Source of the DNA: Azolla caroliniana
Taxonomy: Eukaryota; Plantae; Polypodiophyta
Length of the DNA stretch: 64,000 bases
Reading direction: 5' to 3'
NCBI GenBank assembly: GCA_043228905.1
Contig: JBHGNT010000003.1
Coordinates: forward strand, 1,364,001 to 1,428,000
Part shown: piece by piece, positions 1 through 13,800 of the stretch
Numbering within the stretch: position 1 is the first letter of the stretch
Layout: every line of letters starts with the position of its first letter
Notes under the pieces: model-generated
Told to the model about the DNA's origin: nothing
Seen by the model: only the letters and a program-made list of their open reading frames with translations
Databases searched by the model: none
Program-made: the position numbers and the translations under genes

Positions 1-129
1 TTGTTGATAATAGATTTAAGTTGTTCTACTCTTACTCTGTCTCTCCTGTGTGTAATCTCTCTCTCTCTCTCTCTCTGTTGCTATCCTGCTAAGCCGGTTA
101 TTTAACACTTCCGCACCCTTGTTTTTACA

Positions 130-397
130 ATCCTCACGTTGCTCTGTATAGGCCATGAAACCGGCTGCGCTTCTGTAGCCACCATAGCCTGCAAATATCT
201 TGCATCTAATACCGAGATAATGGATGAGGTTTACAAAGGTTTCTTTATGGCCCGCCAAATCATTCTCAATTCTTGATCAGTACACATAAAGTTTGATGAT
301 TTGAATGTGTTTTTTGTTGTGCTCAGAGAACAAGGAGATCACGGCAAGCAAGGCCCTCGGTGAGCTTTTGAATTGGAGTGACATACAGAAGATGAAG
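130..397 (+). pseudogene. CYP716-like P450 gene fragment (end of exon 1, intron 1, start of exon 2)
   Basis: Colinear with the intact gene at ~47130-47425: an I-helix-like segment, GT..AG intron ending gctcag, and exon 2 reading NKEITASKALGELLNWSDIQKMK. Homology stops abruptly at both ends. Confidence 0.85.
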
Positions 398-1067
398 TGA
401 CATGTTATCCGTCAAACATGATAGTAAAAATTTCTCTTTTCTTTTTCGTGATAATACAATTATATACCTAAATTCTTGTGAAAAACACTAGAAATGGTGC
501 CATAATTTAGTGGTTGGACATGTTGTAGGCAATATCAAGATGAACACTTTCTTTGAGAAAATAATTTTAGCTTGGTCAAATAAAGAAAATTACCACATTT
601 ATACTCCATCTTTGAGAGTAAACTGTAGTAAAAATATGTCCTCAAAAGCTTTCACATGGAAGGGTTAAAATATACGAAAAAGGAGAGCCTAGATGCATCC
701 CTATGCCACCACTGAAAAGAAGGAATGTGAATGGAGTGGGATGGATCGAACATGTGTGCGGCTACCAAAAAATACTTTGGGTCGATGGGTGGAGTTCAAG
801 TTGATCTCTTATGAACATGAGGAGTGTGAGTTCGACATAGATCCTGTATCTTTGGAAGGGTTCAGGCAGCAGGAATAGCACAATGGTAGTCTGTATTGTA
901 TGCAATTGGCAAGAGGATTCATTCCCAAAGGCCGAAACAATGCTAATGGCCCATGAGTTGGCATTCCCATTTGTTGTTTCGTGAGAAGGTATTCATATTG
1001 AGAGTCATGATTAGTGGGCTCTGATAAGGTTCAATATTAAATAGTTGAGGACTAGGGTTATGGATGT

Positions 1068-1426
1068 TGTCGTGAAGGATTCTGGCCATAGGAAGAAAGG
1101 AGAGCAGGATGCGCGTGAACGGGTGTGTGCAAGGATGTGCACTAAGGAGGCTTTTGTATATATAAAGAACAAATGTAAATATTGAAGTATAATAAGTACT
1201 AGTCTATATGATTTAGATGGGTACTTTAATGTCCCACAGAAAGAGAGGAATAAAGTGTGGGAAGAAAGAAAATCGTGGGGATAGATCCCCGAGGAAAACA
1301 ACTGACTTGATGACTGATGGAATGGCCTCTCCTTGAGCTATAAAAGGATCCGAGGATCGAGAGAGAGAAGGGATCCATCGTTTTGGGAGAACGAAGTGCT
1401 GTCGGATTGAGCTTTGCAGGTTCCGT
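1068..1426 (+). mobile_element. 5' part of a gypsy LTR (element H), cut by element A
   Basis: Starts TGTCGTGAAG like the other gypsy LTRs here and shares GCGCGTGAAC, CTATAAAAGG and ACGAAGTGCTGTCGG motifs with the F/G LTRs. Preceded by ATGT. Confidence 0.7.
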
Positions 1427-2579
1427 TGTCGTGAAGATTTTCGGCAATAGTGTGAAACTTGTGACGAATATACGAAATCGAGTGTGGTTCTTCTCATGAA
1501 ATATAAAACAATAATAGTGAAGATACTATTTAAATAAGTTTAATATCTTCATACAAACATATAGAGGTCTTGAAGAGCTTTTAAATGCACTTTACTACGC
1601 AGAAAACAGACATCTAAATGTCAAGTTATGTGGGTATAAAGTTTGCAAAGAAGAAGAGAAAAATAAAACAATGTGATATCCCACATAGATAGGACAAATA
1701 AGGATCCCACCATATATAAGGCAGAGTAAAAGCTATAATCCTTGTGTCTATGTGTGGAGCATAGAAAGGTTAAATTGTATGACTTAATGAATGGATGTAG
1801 CGAAATGTATATAACTATGTGTTTTGGACGGATCTGGCAACAACATCCGGTGACAACAAGACCAGCGACGGATCCGACAATAGCATCTGACATCATCCGG
1901 CGACGAAAATTGATAGAGCCGGTGAGATTGGCGACAACAACCAATGGATCCGGCGAGACCGGCGATGGCAGCCGACGGATTCGGCAAGGGCATTCGGAAT
2001 CTAGCATCATCCAGTGATGGCGACCGACGGAGCCGGCGAGACGACGATCGGACGGAGAAACGCCTTGTAAAAATACATATATATATATATAATAATAAAC
2101 ATATGTGTGTGTGTGGTATGTATGTATGTTCAAAAGGAGTGAAAGTGAAGATTTGATCCTTGCACCTTCAAGTTGAGAGTCTATAGGCTTACCATTAAGC
2201 CAAATCATTTCTTTAGGGGTTATATTTTTATTACTTTACATGTAAATTCTTATGTGTGAGAGCTTAGATGATGACATGGCAAGCATGCATTGCATGCATT
2301 TCATGCATTCTGTGCATATCTTGCACCCTCATATGCACCATATGCATGGGGGCATCTATAAAAGAGTGGAGGAATCAAGCAAAAGGGGAGCGATGTATTA
2401 ATCAAGAAATAAAAAGTAAGAAATTAGTTATCTAATTGATGTATCAATCTTGTTCTTCAAATCTAAAGTCAAGAGTTCAATCTTAATCTCTCTCAATCTA
2501 AAATCAAGCTTTCTATCTTATCTCAATCTCTCTCTCTCTCTCAATCTATCTTAAATCCTTTCTCGCTAAAGCTAGTACG
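1427..2579 (+). repeat. 5' LTR region of element A
   Basis: First ~450 bp align with 42312-42790. TATA-like CTATAAAA at ~2356. No clean CA end before the PBS. Confidence 0.7.
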
Positions 2580-2597
2580 TGGTGAACCCGACGTGAA
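2580..2597 (+). promoter_or_regulatory. Primer-binding site, tRNA-Trp (also at 15549-15566, 34461-34478 and minus strand 10292-10309)
   Basis: TGGTGAACCCGACGTGAA is complementary to the 3' end of plant tRNA-Trp (..UUCACGUCGGGUUCACCA, recalled sequence). It lies 3-4 nt after the LTR end in C, F and G. Confidence 0.85.
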
Positions 2598-3823
2598 AGA
2601 GGCGGCAGGAAGGATCAAGTCGAGGATCAACCGATACTTGGAGATGGCATCCTCAAGCAATCAAGCGGGAGAGTTCGAATGGATGATGTTGATCGTCGAA
2701 CAAATGATGAGATCTCGAGACAACGATGCGAGCGTGAAGAAGGTTGTTGACTGTGTCGTTGAGCTCGAGGGTCAATTTGACGGAAGGAACATTACAAAGT
2801 TCCTTGATGCATATAAAAGGGAGATGAATGAGAGGGACGTGTCTAAAGCGCGTCAAATCATGAGTTTCAAGAGAGTGGTCGCCAATAACATCCAAAGGCA
2901 TGTCATCGAGCTTCAAGAAGGGAAGACAACGTGGTCGGAGTTCGAGGAAACGATATTAGTAGAGTTCGCGACGGAAGATTTGTCGAGGATGACTCGACAT
3001 GCCTTGATGAAGTGGATAGAAAAGAAGAATAAGAAGATGAGCTCCTCGAGGGTGTACGACGAATTCGACCAAATGTTTCATCGTCTCCCCGCCACAGACC
3101 AAGTGCTACTTGAGGAGGACAAAACTTTGTACTTCCTAAAGGTTGTGGATATAAAGGATAGACGAGAACTGGGTACTCTCCTCGAAGATGATACCCAAGA
3201 GAATGGGCTTGTGAAGCGAGCATGCAATAGGCTCGACAAGCGTCGTCAGTGGGTTGATGACAACGACTTGGTGGGATCGACTATCGCGGAGAAAACAAGA
3301 CAACCAAAAGTAGTTAAGCCGCCCAAACAAAGCAGCCTGGAAGAAAAGAAGATTGATGATGACATCATCGAAGAGCTAGTGAAGAAGTTCGAGATGGTCA
3401 CGCTAGTCAACATGAATCGTCGGGGCCCCGAAGGAAAAGAACCCTTTAAATGCGCGTGGTGCAATAACATGGACCACATGAGAAGGGATTGTGCGAGCCT
3501 TCGAGAAGCGATCCGACAAAATATCATATACATGGATGACAACATGATCTGCTCGACTGAAACTCGAAGACCCCTGCGGGTGAATTTCAGAAGAGGGACA
3601 ATGAAGAAACCTATGGAAGATGCTGAGGAGACTCATGTGGATGCGATGCACTATGCTGCAACAGTTGGAATTAGAGTCGGAAAAGATAAAAATGAAGTTG
3701 CTAGAACGGGAACAAAGTTTTGGTCTACCATTTTCGAGTATGAGAAGAAGGGAAAAATCACTTCGAGCGATGTAGAGCTTGCGGATCGAAATGTACAAAG
3801 TATAACCGGATGGTCGGATCCGG
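2593..3823 (+). pseudogene. gag: gag of element A, N-terminal part, interrupted by element B
   Basis: ORF with a CX2CX4HX4C knuckle (CAWCNNMDHMRRDC), homologous to the F/G gag, ending GWSDP at the B insertion. Confidence 0.85.
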
Positions 3824-5295
3824 TGTCGTGATGTGGCGTGCTCGAGAGTGGGAAAAACCGGCGAAAAGGGGGGGTAAAAAAACTGCATGTGCAATGTGTG
3901 TGCACACAAAAGCGATTAGTTGTGCATATGCAAAATAAAAGGGAAAAGAAAGGGTGGAAAGGATGCATAGAAGCCCGTGCAAAAAGTAAGAGAGAAGAGA
4001 GATAAAATGTAGAGGAGAGATAGGCTAAGAATTTATAGAGATAAAATTATATATTACATAAGAGAGAGTTAGTGGGCTAGTGGATAGTCACATTGACTAC
4101 TATCTACAGGTGCACGGTTCAAATCTAAACTTATAGTGAAGCGTCATTTAAGGAATTTTATTCCTTTTTCATTGAAGACAAAATTGGCGACCCCCCCTTA
4201 TTTTTTTCCTATAAAAGGAGGTCGAGGGTGGCTCATTCGGGATGACGTTTTGGGAGGAGGAGACTATCGCCAATTTTCCTTCGGAGCTCTTCATCTTCTT
4301 ATTCACCACTTCTCTTCATCTCATACCCCTTCATCCCCTCATCGCCACGTGCTCGTCTTCTTCTTGTCAGCACTCGAAGTGCTCGTGAGCCCAAGCTTTG
4401 TTGGTTCGACGTTGCTCCTCCCTGTTCGTCGTTGCGAGCCCGTGTGCTCGTCGTTCGGGTGGTCGTGGTTCGTTGGGATTGGCATTTTGGTGGTGCTTGT
4501 GTGTTCATCTTCGCCGTGTTCGGATTTGCTCTTGTCTCTAAGGGCATTTAGTATTTATGTTTTGATTGAGCTTGTGGTTAACTATAAGTTGCCATTGTAA
4601 TCTAACCCTATTTTATAAAGGGCCCTCTTGCGTTGGATTCGAACACGTTGTCGAGGTCTTCCTCGCGGATGCGTGGAATGAGGCGGGACCTCGGGGGTCT
4701 TGTACCGAAGAGCAAGAGAGAAAGGAGAAGGGAACCCACTACGTGCGAGCGTAGATTCACAGGGACACGGCCCTTCGACACAAAGACGCGAGTGGGACAG
4801 CGACACAGATAGACACGAATGTATGTATGTATTAACAAAGACAAACAACAAGAACACGAAGTCGGTTACAACCGAACAGGCCGGCGAACAGATGCCGATG
4901 CCTGTTCGTAAACGCACAGAAAGAAAGGAGTAGGTTGGAGGTGCTGCCGAAAGCACTCGGGCATTCCTCAGAGCAGCGCGAGCCTCCCGAAACCTACGTA
5001 GAAAGAAGCTATGGAGTTTGGAAGAGAGAGAAGCCTTTGGCCCACAATCTGACAGCACTTGGTCCTCTCTTACTTCGCGATCCCTTCCTCCTCCTCGTCT
5101 CCCTCCTTTTCTAGGCAAGAAGGGAGCCGTTTCCTATTAACTTCCTACCTACCGAATCTACCTACCTAGGATCTCCCATGTCCCTAATTCTCTCCTATGT
5201 ACAACACAAGGCGTACGTGCATGAAGAGCCGGTTCCTATGCTCCGGTGCACCAATTCCGCTTGTGGACAGTTTTCTTCACGACATCCGCCCCCAC

Positions 5296-8200
5296 CTAAC
5301 CGCGCATCCACCGACATGCGCCAAATTGAGTTGGGACGGAGAAAACCGGTCCAGCCTTCATTCCCCCGCCCGTCGGTTCTTCCTCGGTTTCGGATCGTTC
5401 GTCGTTCCGGTCCAGGTTAACCGGATCCGGCTCGTCGTCGTGATGCTTCTTGAATGCTTTGACCCGCTTCCCAGCTACCGGTATCGCCATTCTCGTGCCG
5501 TCGAGTTCCGCCAGATGGTACGTCCCGTTGTCGTTGGCGCTTTGTACCACGTAAGGCCCGAACCACCTTCTTGCGAACTTCCGTGTCGCTCGGTGCTGGT
5601 TGTTGAGGCTGCTGTCATAGACTAGCACCCAATCGCCTTCCTCGATCTTCTTCGGTCGAACCGGGCTTTGTTCTTCATCCTTGCATCCCGAAGCTTTTCC
5701 GCAGCCTGCTCCACGTCCTCCGGTCTTCGCTCGAGCTGTCGTATACACGCCGCCAGCAGTTCCTCTCGGCTCATCTCGTCTCTCCAGTCCACGGTTGCCC
5801 ACGAGGAGATCGTACGTTCCATCGGCATGACCGGCTTCTGCCCAAACATGAGCTCTGCCGACATGAATCCGGTTACCGAACTGTGCGTAGTTCGGTCAGC
5901 CCACAACGCGTAAGGTAGCAACCGCGACCAGTTCCCGACTTGCCCCCCGCATGCCCGAACTAACGCCTTGACGATCGGTCCGTGTCCGCGCTCCGCCTTC
6001 CCATTCGCTTCCGGATTGTACGCAGTGGTAAGCGAGAGCTTGACTCCTAGCCGGTCGAACAGCTCCTCGGCCTCTTCGGCGTCCAACTCCCCGCGATCAG
6101 CCACGATCTTCCCGACGCACCCGTACCGGCATATCACGTCCTCGATCAGGAACCGACATACAGCCGCGGTCGTTTTGTTCTGAAGGGCTCGGCCTTCCAC
6201 CTGGTTCGTCAGATCTTCCCGAGCCAGGACCAGATACCGCATCTGTCCTACGCCCATCGACATCGTCACCAAGTCTACCATCCATTTGAAGTGGATGGTC
6301 GGAGGGTACGTAGGGTGAAGCTCGTCCCGATGCCGAACTACGGAGTGCATCTGGCAGCTCTCGCAAGTTGTCACGAACCGATGCACGTCCCGGTACAGTC
6401 CCGGCCACCAGTACTTCCCCTTTATCTTCTCGAACGTGGCCCACGTTCCACGGTGACCAGCCCAAGGGCTGTAATGGTAAGCCGTCAGCAGCTCCTCCTG
6501 TTCTTCTTTCAACGCCACCACCCGGAGCGGGACGTCGTTCCTCTTCTTCGGGTGCTTTTATAAGTATCCGTCCCGGAGAAAGAATTGGTAAGCTTTCTTC
6601 CTGATCCGGTTGGCCTCGTCCTTCGTTCATGACGCATCCGGCATCATTGTCCTCAAAAATCCACCGATCTGGAGCCACTCGCCGTCGTACTTGCTCTCGT
6701 CGAAGTCGTTAAGTGCCGGAGTGCTCGTCCCATCGGTCGTCACGTACGCTGCCTCGAAGAAGTCCACACCGACTTCTTCGTCCTCCGAAACCATGCCGCC
6801 CTCGTCATCAAACCTCGCCCTCAAAAGCATGTCGGCCATGGCGTTGTCTTTTCCGGAAATGTGTCGTATTTCCGGGTCCAGGGACTTGATATATGCTATC
6901 CACCTGAGCATCGCCAGGTCCGGTGTCGCGCATCCGGAAACCATGCCGAGAATTGGCAGGAAATCCGTCTCGATAACCACTCCTGTCTCGATCAGGTAGT
7001 CTTTGTCGGCCTTTACTGCCGAAACGATACCCTAGAGTTCGCGCTTAACCTGGGCGTACCCTCGTTGTCGCTCACTGAGGACCTTCGCGCCGAATCGGAT
7101 CGGGAACCGAATGCCGTCCTTGTCTTCTTGGTTGACGACCCATCCGATCCCGGTCGGACTCGTATCCACTGTTATGTATACCGGGGTACCCTTCCCGTAG
7201 ACAGCCTTCCGGAGCGCCGGTGCTGCCGCAAGAGCTTCCTTCAGCTTCCGGACTGACTCCGTGTGCTCGTCTCGCCACTCGAATTTTCGCCCTTTCTTCA
7301 ACAACCCGTATAGCAGCTCCGCAACGTGGGCGTAATGCGGGATCCATATGTGGTAGAATGCGCACGCCCCCAGGAACCTCCGAACTTCCGTAACCGAGCT
7401 ATAGTCGGTCTTCATCGCGGAGATGGCTTCTACTTTTGCTGGAGACGGCTTCCGGCCATATGGTCCATATAGGTGTCCGACCACCAAGATCTCTGATTGC
7501 CCGAAGGCCAATTTCTCCCCGGAGAAGGTGAGCCTCGCATCCTCTAGCCTTTGTAGCACCTTCTCGCAGTCGTCGATGTGTGTTGCCACGAATCGCCGGC
7601 ATCCGTCCGGTGATCGGGATGTCGTCTAGAAATGGCATGGTGATGTTCGGGATACAATCCCTCAGTACCTTGTTCATTGCATTCACCATGTGGGCCACCG
7701 AGTTAGTCCCTCCTTGTGGCAGGGTACACATTCGCACTAGGCCGAGGGGAGTTCGCATCGTCGTAATGTCCCTGCTCTCCACGGCTAGCTGGAACTGGTC
7801 GTACCCCGAGTATAGATCACCGACCGAATAAATCGACCTTCCGGCGAAGGCCTCCGCGAACTCGTCTATGGTCGGTCTGATCCCTGCGTTCTGAATGGTC
7901 ACTCTGTTGACCGGCTGCAGGTCTTGAATGAAGCGCAATGTTCCGTTTTTCTTTGGTACGGTAAACCATCGGTTCGAGTATGGCGCGCTCGACGGTTCGA
8001 GAATACCCATATCGACTTTCTTCCTCAGTAGCTCCATCAACTCCGGGATGTGAGCTCTTGGTACCGGAATCGGCTTGAGATTCCACGGCACATGCGGTAC
8101 CGTGAATATCACCATCGGCTCCACGATTGTCGGGTCTACGCACCCGATCTCTTTCGGTGAAAATGCGAACGCTTTCCCGTGCCTTCCGAGCATTCTACGA

Positions 8201-8805
8201 AACCGGTCTTCCTCCGCCAGCAGTAGGAACCCGCCCCCACCGATCTTGACCTCCCGGAGCGTCCCGTCGGTGAAGGTGTGTCCTATGCAGGCCGGATCTC
8301 GTAAACTGGGGTTCGTCGCAACCCCTCTGATTCGGGACTCGCTGCCCTCCGGTAAGGGTGCCGCGACTGGCCTTACCTTCTGGTCCACAGTCTTGTACTT
8401 CGTGCTAACTCGGGCTGTCCGATCCGACCGGAGTCCCTGGCTGAAGTTCGCGATGACTTCGTACATCTCTTCGGAACATACCGGTATCGTCTGGTCTTCG
8501 TTAAGGTCTTCTTCGGCTACCTTCCTCAGCATCCCCAAGGTGTCGTTGAAGGAGACCGCCTCCATGGCTCCGCTGATTTCCTCGTCCGGGCCGAGAACTC
8601 CGCACGCTCGAAGTCGTACTTCCGCGCTTGTCTTTTCTCGGCCAACGATGCCGACTATCATACATCCTCCGTTGTCGGAGAAGCAAAATTTCCTACCTAT
8701 CGTACAGGGTTCATTCGGTTTCGGTTCTATTGTACATCTGTGGGGTCTTTCCCGAGTGTTCGGGCTGTCTCGGCCCCACGCCTCGGCAGCCCTCTCTAAA
8801 AATCC
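5296..8805 (-). pseudogene. pol: pol (RT-RNaseH-integrase) of element C, disrupted
   Basis: LPQG and FLDD RT motifs, VDTS RNaseH, H..H..CESC integrase Zn finger and GPY motif, spread over several frameshifted ORFs. Confidence 0.9.
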
Positions 8806-10269
8806 TCCCGGTTCTCGCCACCGAGGGATTCGCGGTTTCGCTCGTGGTTCGGTCGTACCGTCAGAAATTGGACCGAATGGCGCCTGTCCTGGCTTTTGAC
8901 CCTCGCGTAGGCTGAACCATTGTCCAGCACCTTGGTCTCCATTCGCGCCGCCGTGATGTATGGTTCCCCTAATATGACCGGGTGCGAGGACGTCTCCCGT
9001 ACGAAGAAGTGCTGGTCAATTTCGACGTCGCCGATCTTGACTTGCACGTTCGGGCAGGCCCCGTGCAGTTCCTCGGTGGCGCGCGTCCCCGCCCGTATCT
9101 TCCACCCGTGCCTGGTGTTGATCGACCACTTTCCCTTTATATAGAAGTCCATGGACATTAGGTTTATTTCCGAACCGTGGTCCACCAACGCCACCACCGG
9201 TTCCTGAACATCTCCGATCTTTACCGGGGTCTCCGTGGTCGCTCGGGCCCAGTGTGGCCTCGAATAGTGGCTCTCCGCCCACTCATCTGCCAACGCCGAG
9301 TCGTCGATGTGCGTTGTTCGCACCTCCACCGGTCTCTCCGGTTCTGTCTCCGTCGACAGCCTCTTCCTTTTCACCAAGTCCACAATGGAGTCGTGGAACT
9401 CCTTCTTGGCGATCCCTAGCACCTCTCGCAATGAAAGCTCCACTTTGCTGTCGAGGATCCATTCTTCTAGGACCTTTCGTAGGTCCGTAGTCCTTTCTAT
9501 TTCTGTCCCTAGTCGGTATCCGCCCTTCCTGGGGTTATCTTGCGAGTTGGACCCACCGGCATCGTTCCGTCGTTGCCCGAATCGGGTCTCGTACCGTTGT
9601 GAGGGCCCGGCCGCTCCGGCTTTCCCCACTCGTTTGTCTTCTACCAGAGCCTCGTAGTTCCGGCAGGCGGCTTCTACGAAGCCCGTCTTCTCCTCGACCG
9701 GATCGCTCCACCCGGTTATTTCCCGGACCTGTCTCTCAGCGCGGTCCGTTTCATTTTTCCTTAGCCGTGCGCCAGCAAGACCTTCCAGCATTGCCGACCA
9801 GAATCCGTCTTTGCCCTCCTTTCGGGCCTCGCTGCCCCCGACCCGAATGCCGATCGACGACGAGTAGTGGATGGCCTCCACGTGTCGGGCCGCTGCGTCT
9901 TCCATTAGTCTCTTCATTCCTCCTCGCCCGTCGTTTCGGTTCAGGGACCTTCTGGTGTCGCCGGCGTGCACCCGGCCTTCCCACAGGTATACCACCCGGT
10001 TCCTCAACGCTTCTGCGAAATCGCCGCAGTCCTTCCGGATGTGGCCGACCTCGAGGGAACCCGGCAAGACACCTCTCTTCCGGAATGTCCCACATCAGCA
10101 TTTCTGCCCCGTAGGACGCCAAATACTTCGTGGCATCCTTTCCGCTGAACCGGCCGATTGTACCGACGACCGCCTCAATGGCTCTGTCGAGGGCGCCGGA
10201 GCCCTCGCGTGCGCTCAATATCCGATCCACTGCCGAAGCCATGGCCTCCGCAAGATCCGACCCCTTCAT
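8796..10269 (-). pseudogene. gag: gag-protease of element C with internal deletion
   Basis: MKGSDLAEAMAS...FPR joined directly to EVGHIRKDC; protease LVDHGSEINLMS; ends REDF-stop. Confidence 0.88.
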
Positions 10270-10808
10270 CTTCTGCTCTTCTGCCGCCTCTTTCACGTCG
10301 GTTTCACCAAGATGTCGAGGTCTTCCTCGCGGATGCGTGGAATGAGGCGGGACCTCGGGGGTCTTGTACCGAAGAGCAAGAGAGAAAGGAGAAGGGAACC
10401 CACTACGTGCGAGCGTAGATTCGCAGGGACACGGCCCTTCGACACAAAGACGCGAGTGGGACAGCGACACATATAGACACGAATGTATGTATGTATTAAC
10501 AAAGACAAACAACAAGAACACGAAGTCGGTTACAACCGAACAGGCCGGCGAACAGATGCCGATGCCTGTTCATAAACGCACAGAAAGAAAGGAGTAGGTT
10601 GGAGGTGCTGCCGGAAGCACTCAGGCATTCCTCAGAGCAGCGCGAGCCTCCCGAAACCTACGCAGAAAGAAGCTATGGAGTTTGGAAGAGAGAGAAGCCT
10701 TCGGCCCACAATCCGACAGCACTTCGTCCTCTCGTACTTCGCGATCCCTTTCTCCTCCTCGTCTCCCTCCTTTTCTAGGCAAGAAGGGAGCCGTTTCCTA
10801 TTAACTTC

Positions 10809-13800
10809 TGTTGGAAATCGACGCTTTCCGAAACCTTCACCTCCTGGCCACAACCGAGGAAACACGAATCAATGCAGCAGTGAACAGAAAATAAAGAGAG
10901 AGACTCGAATACAAAGTGAAGGAATGCCGTTCTACCTCGAGGTCCATGCTTGCCGCTATGCTCAGCACCGTCCGGATGGAGGTCATCTTCACTACCGGGG
11001 CAAATATCTCGTCGAAGTCGACGCCCTTCTTCTGCTGGAACCCCTTCACCACGATCCTGGCTTTGTATCTCGGGGGGTTTCCGGCATCTCCCGGTTTCAG
11101 CTTGAACACCCACTTGTTTCGAAGTGCCCGCTTTCCTTTCGGCAACTCCACAAGTTCATATGTGTGGTTCTCATACAGGGAATCCATCTCCTCCTGCATG
11201 GCACTTAACCACCTGCGGCTATGGGTGTCAAGCTTTGCTTCTTCAAAACTCTCCGGCTCCCCCTCGTCGGTTAGCAGCACGTGCTCTGGTTCCGGAAATC
11301 TCCGGGGGGCCCTTCTCTCTCTTAGAGGATATCTCCGTTCCAGAGCTTCGGTAACCGGCTCCTCCGTTTCCTCTTCATCCGAATCCATTTCGGGATCGGG
11401 GCCGGTTCCGGTATCAGTTTCATCTTCCTCGGCCGGTTCTGTTTCTTCACCGTCTTCGGCCGGATCCTCGAGTGCTAACCGGTCCCTTGCCGGTCGGGAC
11501 TGCTCCTCGTAGAGTTGATCCTCACCGGTCGACTTGGAGCTCTTCATCTTCTTCTCCGACTCCCAGTCGGCGAGTGTCTTGTCCTCCATGAAGATGATAT
11601 CACGACTCCGGAATATCTTTTTGTCGACCGGGTCCCATACTCGGTAGCCGAACTCGTCATCGCCGTAACCGAGGAATATGCATGGCCGGGTCTTTGGATC
11701 TAGCTTTCCTCTCCGGTCCTTTGCCACATGCACATATGCGAGACACCCGAACACCTTCAGATGCCGGTAGGATACTTCCCTACCGGTCCACACTCTCTGC
11801 GGCGTGTCTCCGTCCAAAGGTACTGAGGGTGATCTGTTTATCACGTATGTCGCCGTCGACATTGCCTCAGCCCAAAACCCTTTGGGTAATTTCGCATGCG
11901 CCAGCATACTCCGGACCCTCTCCATTATGGTCCGGTTCATCCTCTCGGCCAGCCCGTTCAGTTCCGGCGTCTTCGGCACAGTAAACTCGAGCCGGATCCC
12001 TTCGAGCGACAGTACTCCTTGAACTGCCCCCGGTATTCCCCTCCGTTATCCGCTCGTATCGCTTTCAGCTTCTTGCCGGATTCCCTTTCCACTCTCGCGT
12101 GGAGTTCTTTGAAGACGCACAGCACTTGGTCCTTTGTCTTCAACGGTGCCGTCCACAGCTTCCGGCTGTGGTCATCAATGTATGTCACGAAGTACTGGGC
12201 TCCGCCATGTGACTTCGTTTCTACTTGACACACGTCAGTGTGCACCAACTCCAATGGTGCGCTACGTCTCGTCGGTGGCCTTGAGTGGAAGGAGGTTCAG
12301 TTCTGCTTACCGGCCAGGCAATCGGTGCACTTCTCCAGGTGCACATGCTTCACTGGAATAAGGTTGTCTTCTGCAAGCCTCTTCATCCCCTTCTCACTCA
12401 TGTGGCACAGTCTCTTGTGCCACAGCTCACCGGCAGTGTCGGCTGCCACGTTCAACTCCTCCAGACACAACCAGGCATTCATAAGGTACAGTGTGTTGAC
12501 TTTCCGGGCCCGAGCCACTATCAGGCTCCCCTTGCTGAACTTCATTACGCAGTTCCGGATGCTACCTGTGTAGCCTTCATCGTCTAGCCTCCCGGCCGAA
12601 ATCAGGTTCAATCGAACCTCCGGAACATGTCAGACATCCTTCAGCAACATTTTGCATCCGGTCGAGGTTGTCAACCACACGTCTCCTATGCCGGCAATCC
12701 GGCACGTACCTTCATTTCCCATCCGAACACAGCCATGCTCACCGGCTGTGTAGGATGAGAAGTATCTTCTTTCCGGGGTCAGGTGGAAGGACGCTCCGGA
12801 ATCGACCACCCAGGTAGTCTCATCGCCGGCAATGTTTAGTTCACCTTCTTCGGTGATGAGCATGATCTCCTCTTCACTTGCCGCGAGTGCCGTCGTTCCT
12901 TGATCGCCGCAAGCTGGTTCACGAATCCCATGAACGCTTACGTGTTCCACCATATTCTTGCCGTCCCGGTACTTGAGGTTCACTATCTTCCTCATCAGGG
13001 AGGTCCGGTTCAACGCATTCTTCCTCTCGTAGAGGCCCGACAGCTTCTGCCACATCTCATATGCGTTGGTGTCATTCGCCACATGTTGTAGAATGCTCAC
13101 GTCGACGTATTGCCGAATGGTTGCAACGGCTTTCCGGTTCAGAAGCCTCCATTCCGTCTCAAGTACCCCCTTGGGTATTTCCGACCTGTCGATCGGTTCA
13201 TACAGGTCCCGAACAATGAGCAGATCCTCCATCTTTATCTTCCAGTCGGCGTAGTTCTGCGCATTCAGCACCATCATCCCCGGCTGCCCGTTGCTGCCGC
13301 CTTCCATTTTCTGCACTGCAGTCGCTCTGATACCAGATTGTTGGAAATCGACGCTTTCCGAAACCTTCACCTCCCGGCCACAACCGAGGAAACACGAATC
13401 AATGCAGCAGTGAACAGAAAACAAAGAGAGAGACTCGAATACACAGGGTTTAGCGTGGAAAACCCTAGACGGGAAAAACCACGGGAGTGCAAGACTCCAA
13501 CTATCACTATACGTAGGGAATGTACAATGGCGAGCTGCAAGGCGACGACCTTGAGCTCGCTGTCCTCGCCACAGGCGGCGGTATTACACAGAGGCGTCGA
13601 CCTCTTCCTTTCGCTCTCTCTCACTCTCTCTCTCGGCTGCTCTCACTTCGCTCCCTCTAAGTGGAAAACAGAAAAATGAGCAACAACACTTAAAACTGTT
13701 TGCCCTAAGTCATATTTATACACATATGACTTTTGGGCTATTTACAAGTATAGCCTCGAGGGCCCTTGGCAAACATATTCACAAATATGTCCCCGCATCC

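Noticed and set aside
420-1063. Small ORF 693-878 and possible old TE remnant
   Set aside because: No recognisable motif or termini.
4136-4600. Hydrophobic ORF suggesting an env-like gene
   Set aside because: It lies inside the LTR across the TATA box, has a non-ATG start and reflects T/G-rich composition.
8075-8899. Recurrent antisense ORFs over pol (also 18478-19110, 20408-20803, 36803-37339)
   Set aside because: Shadow frames of GC-rich coding sequence; lengths and ends vary between copies and no motif is recognisable.
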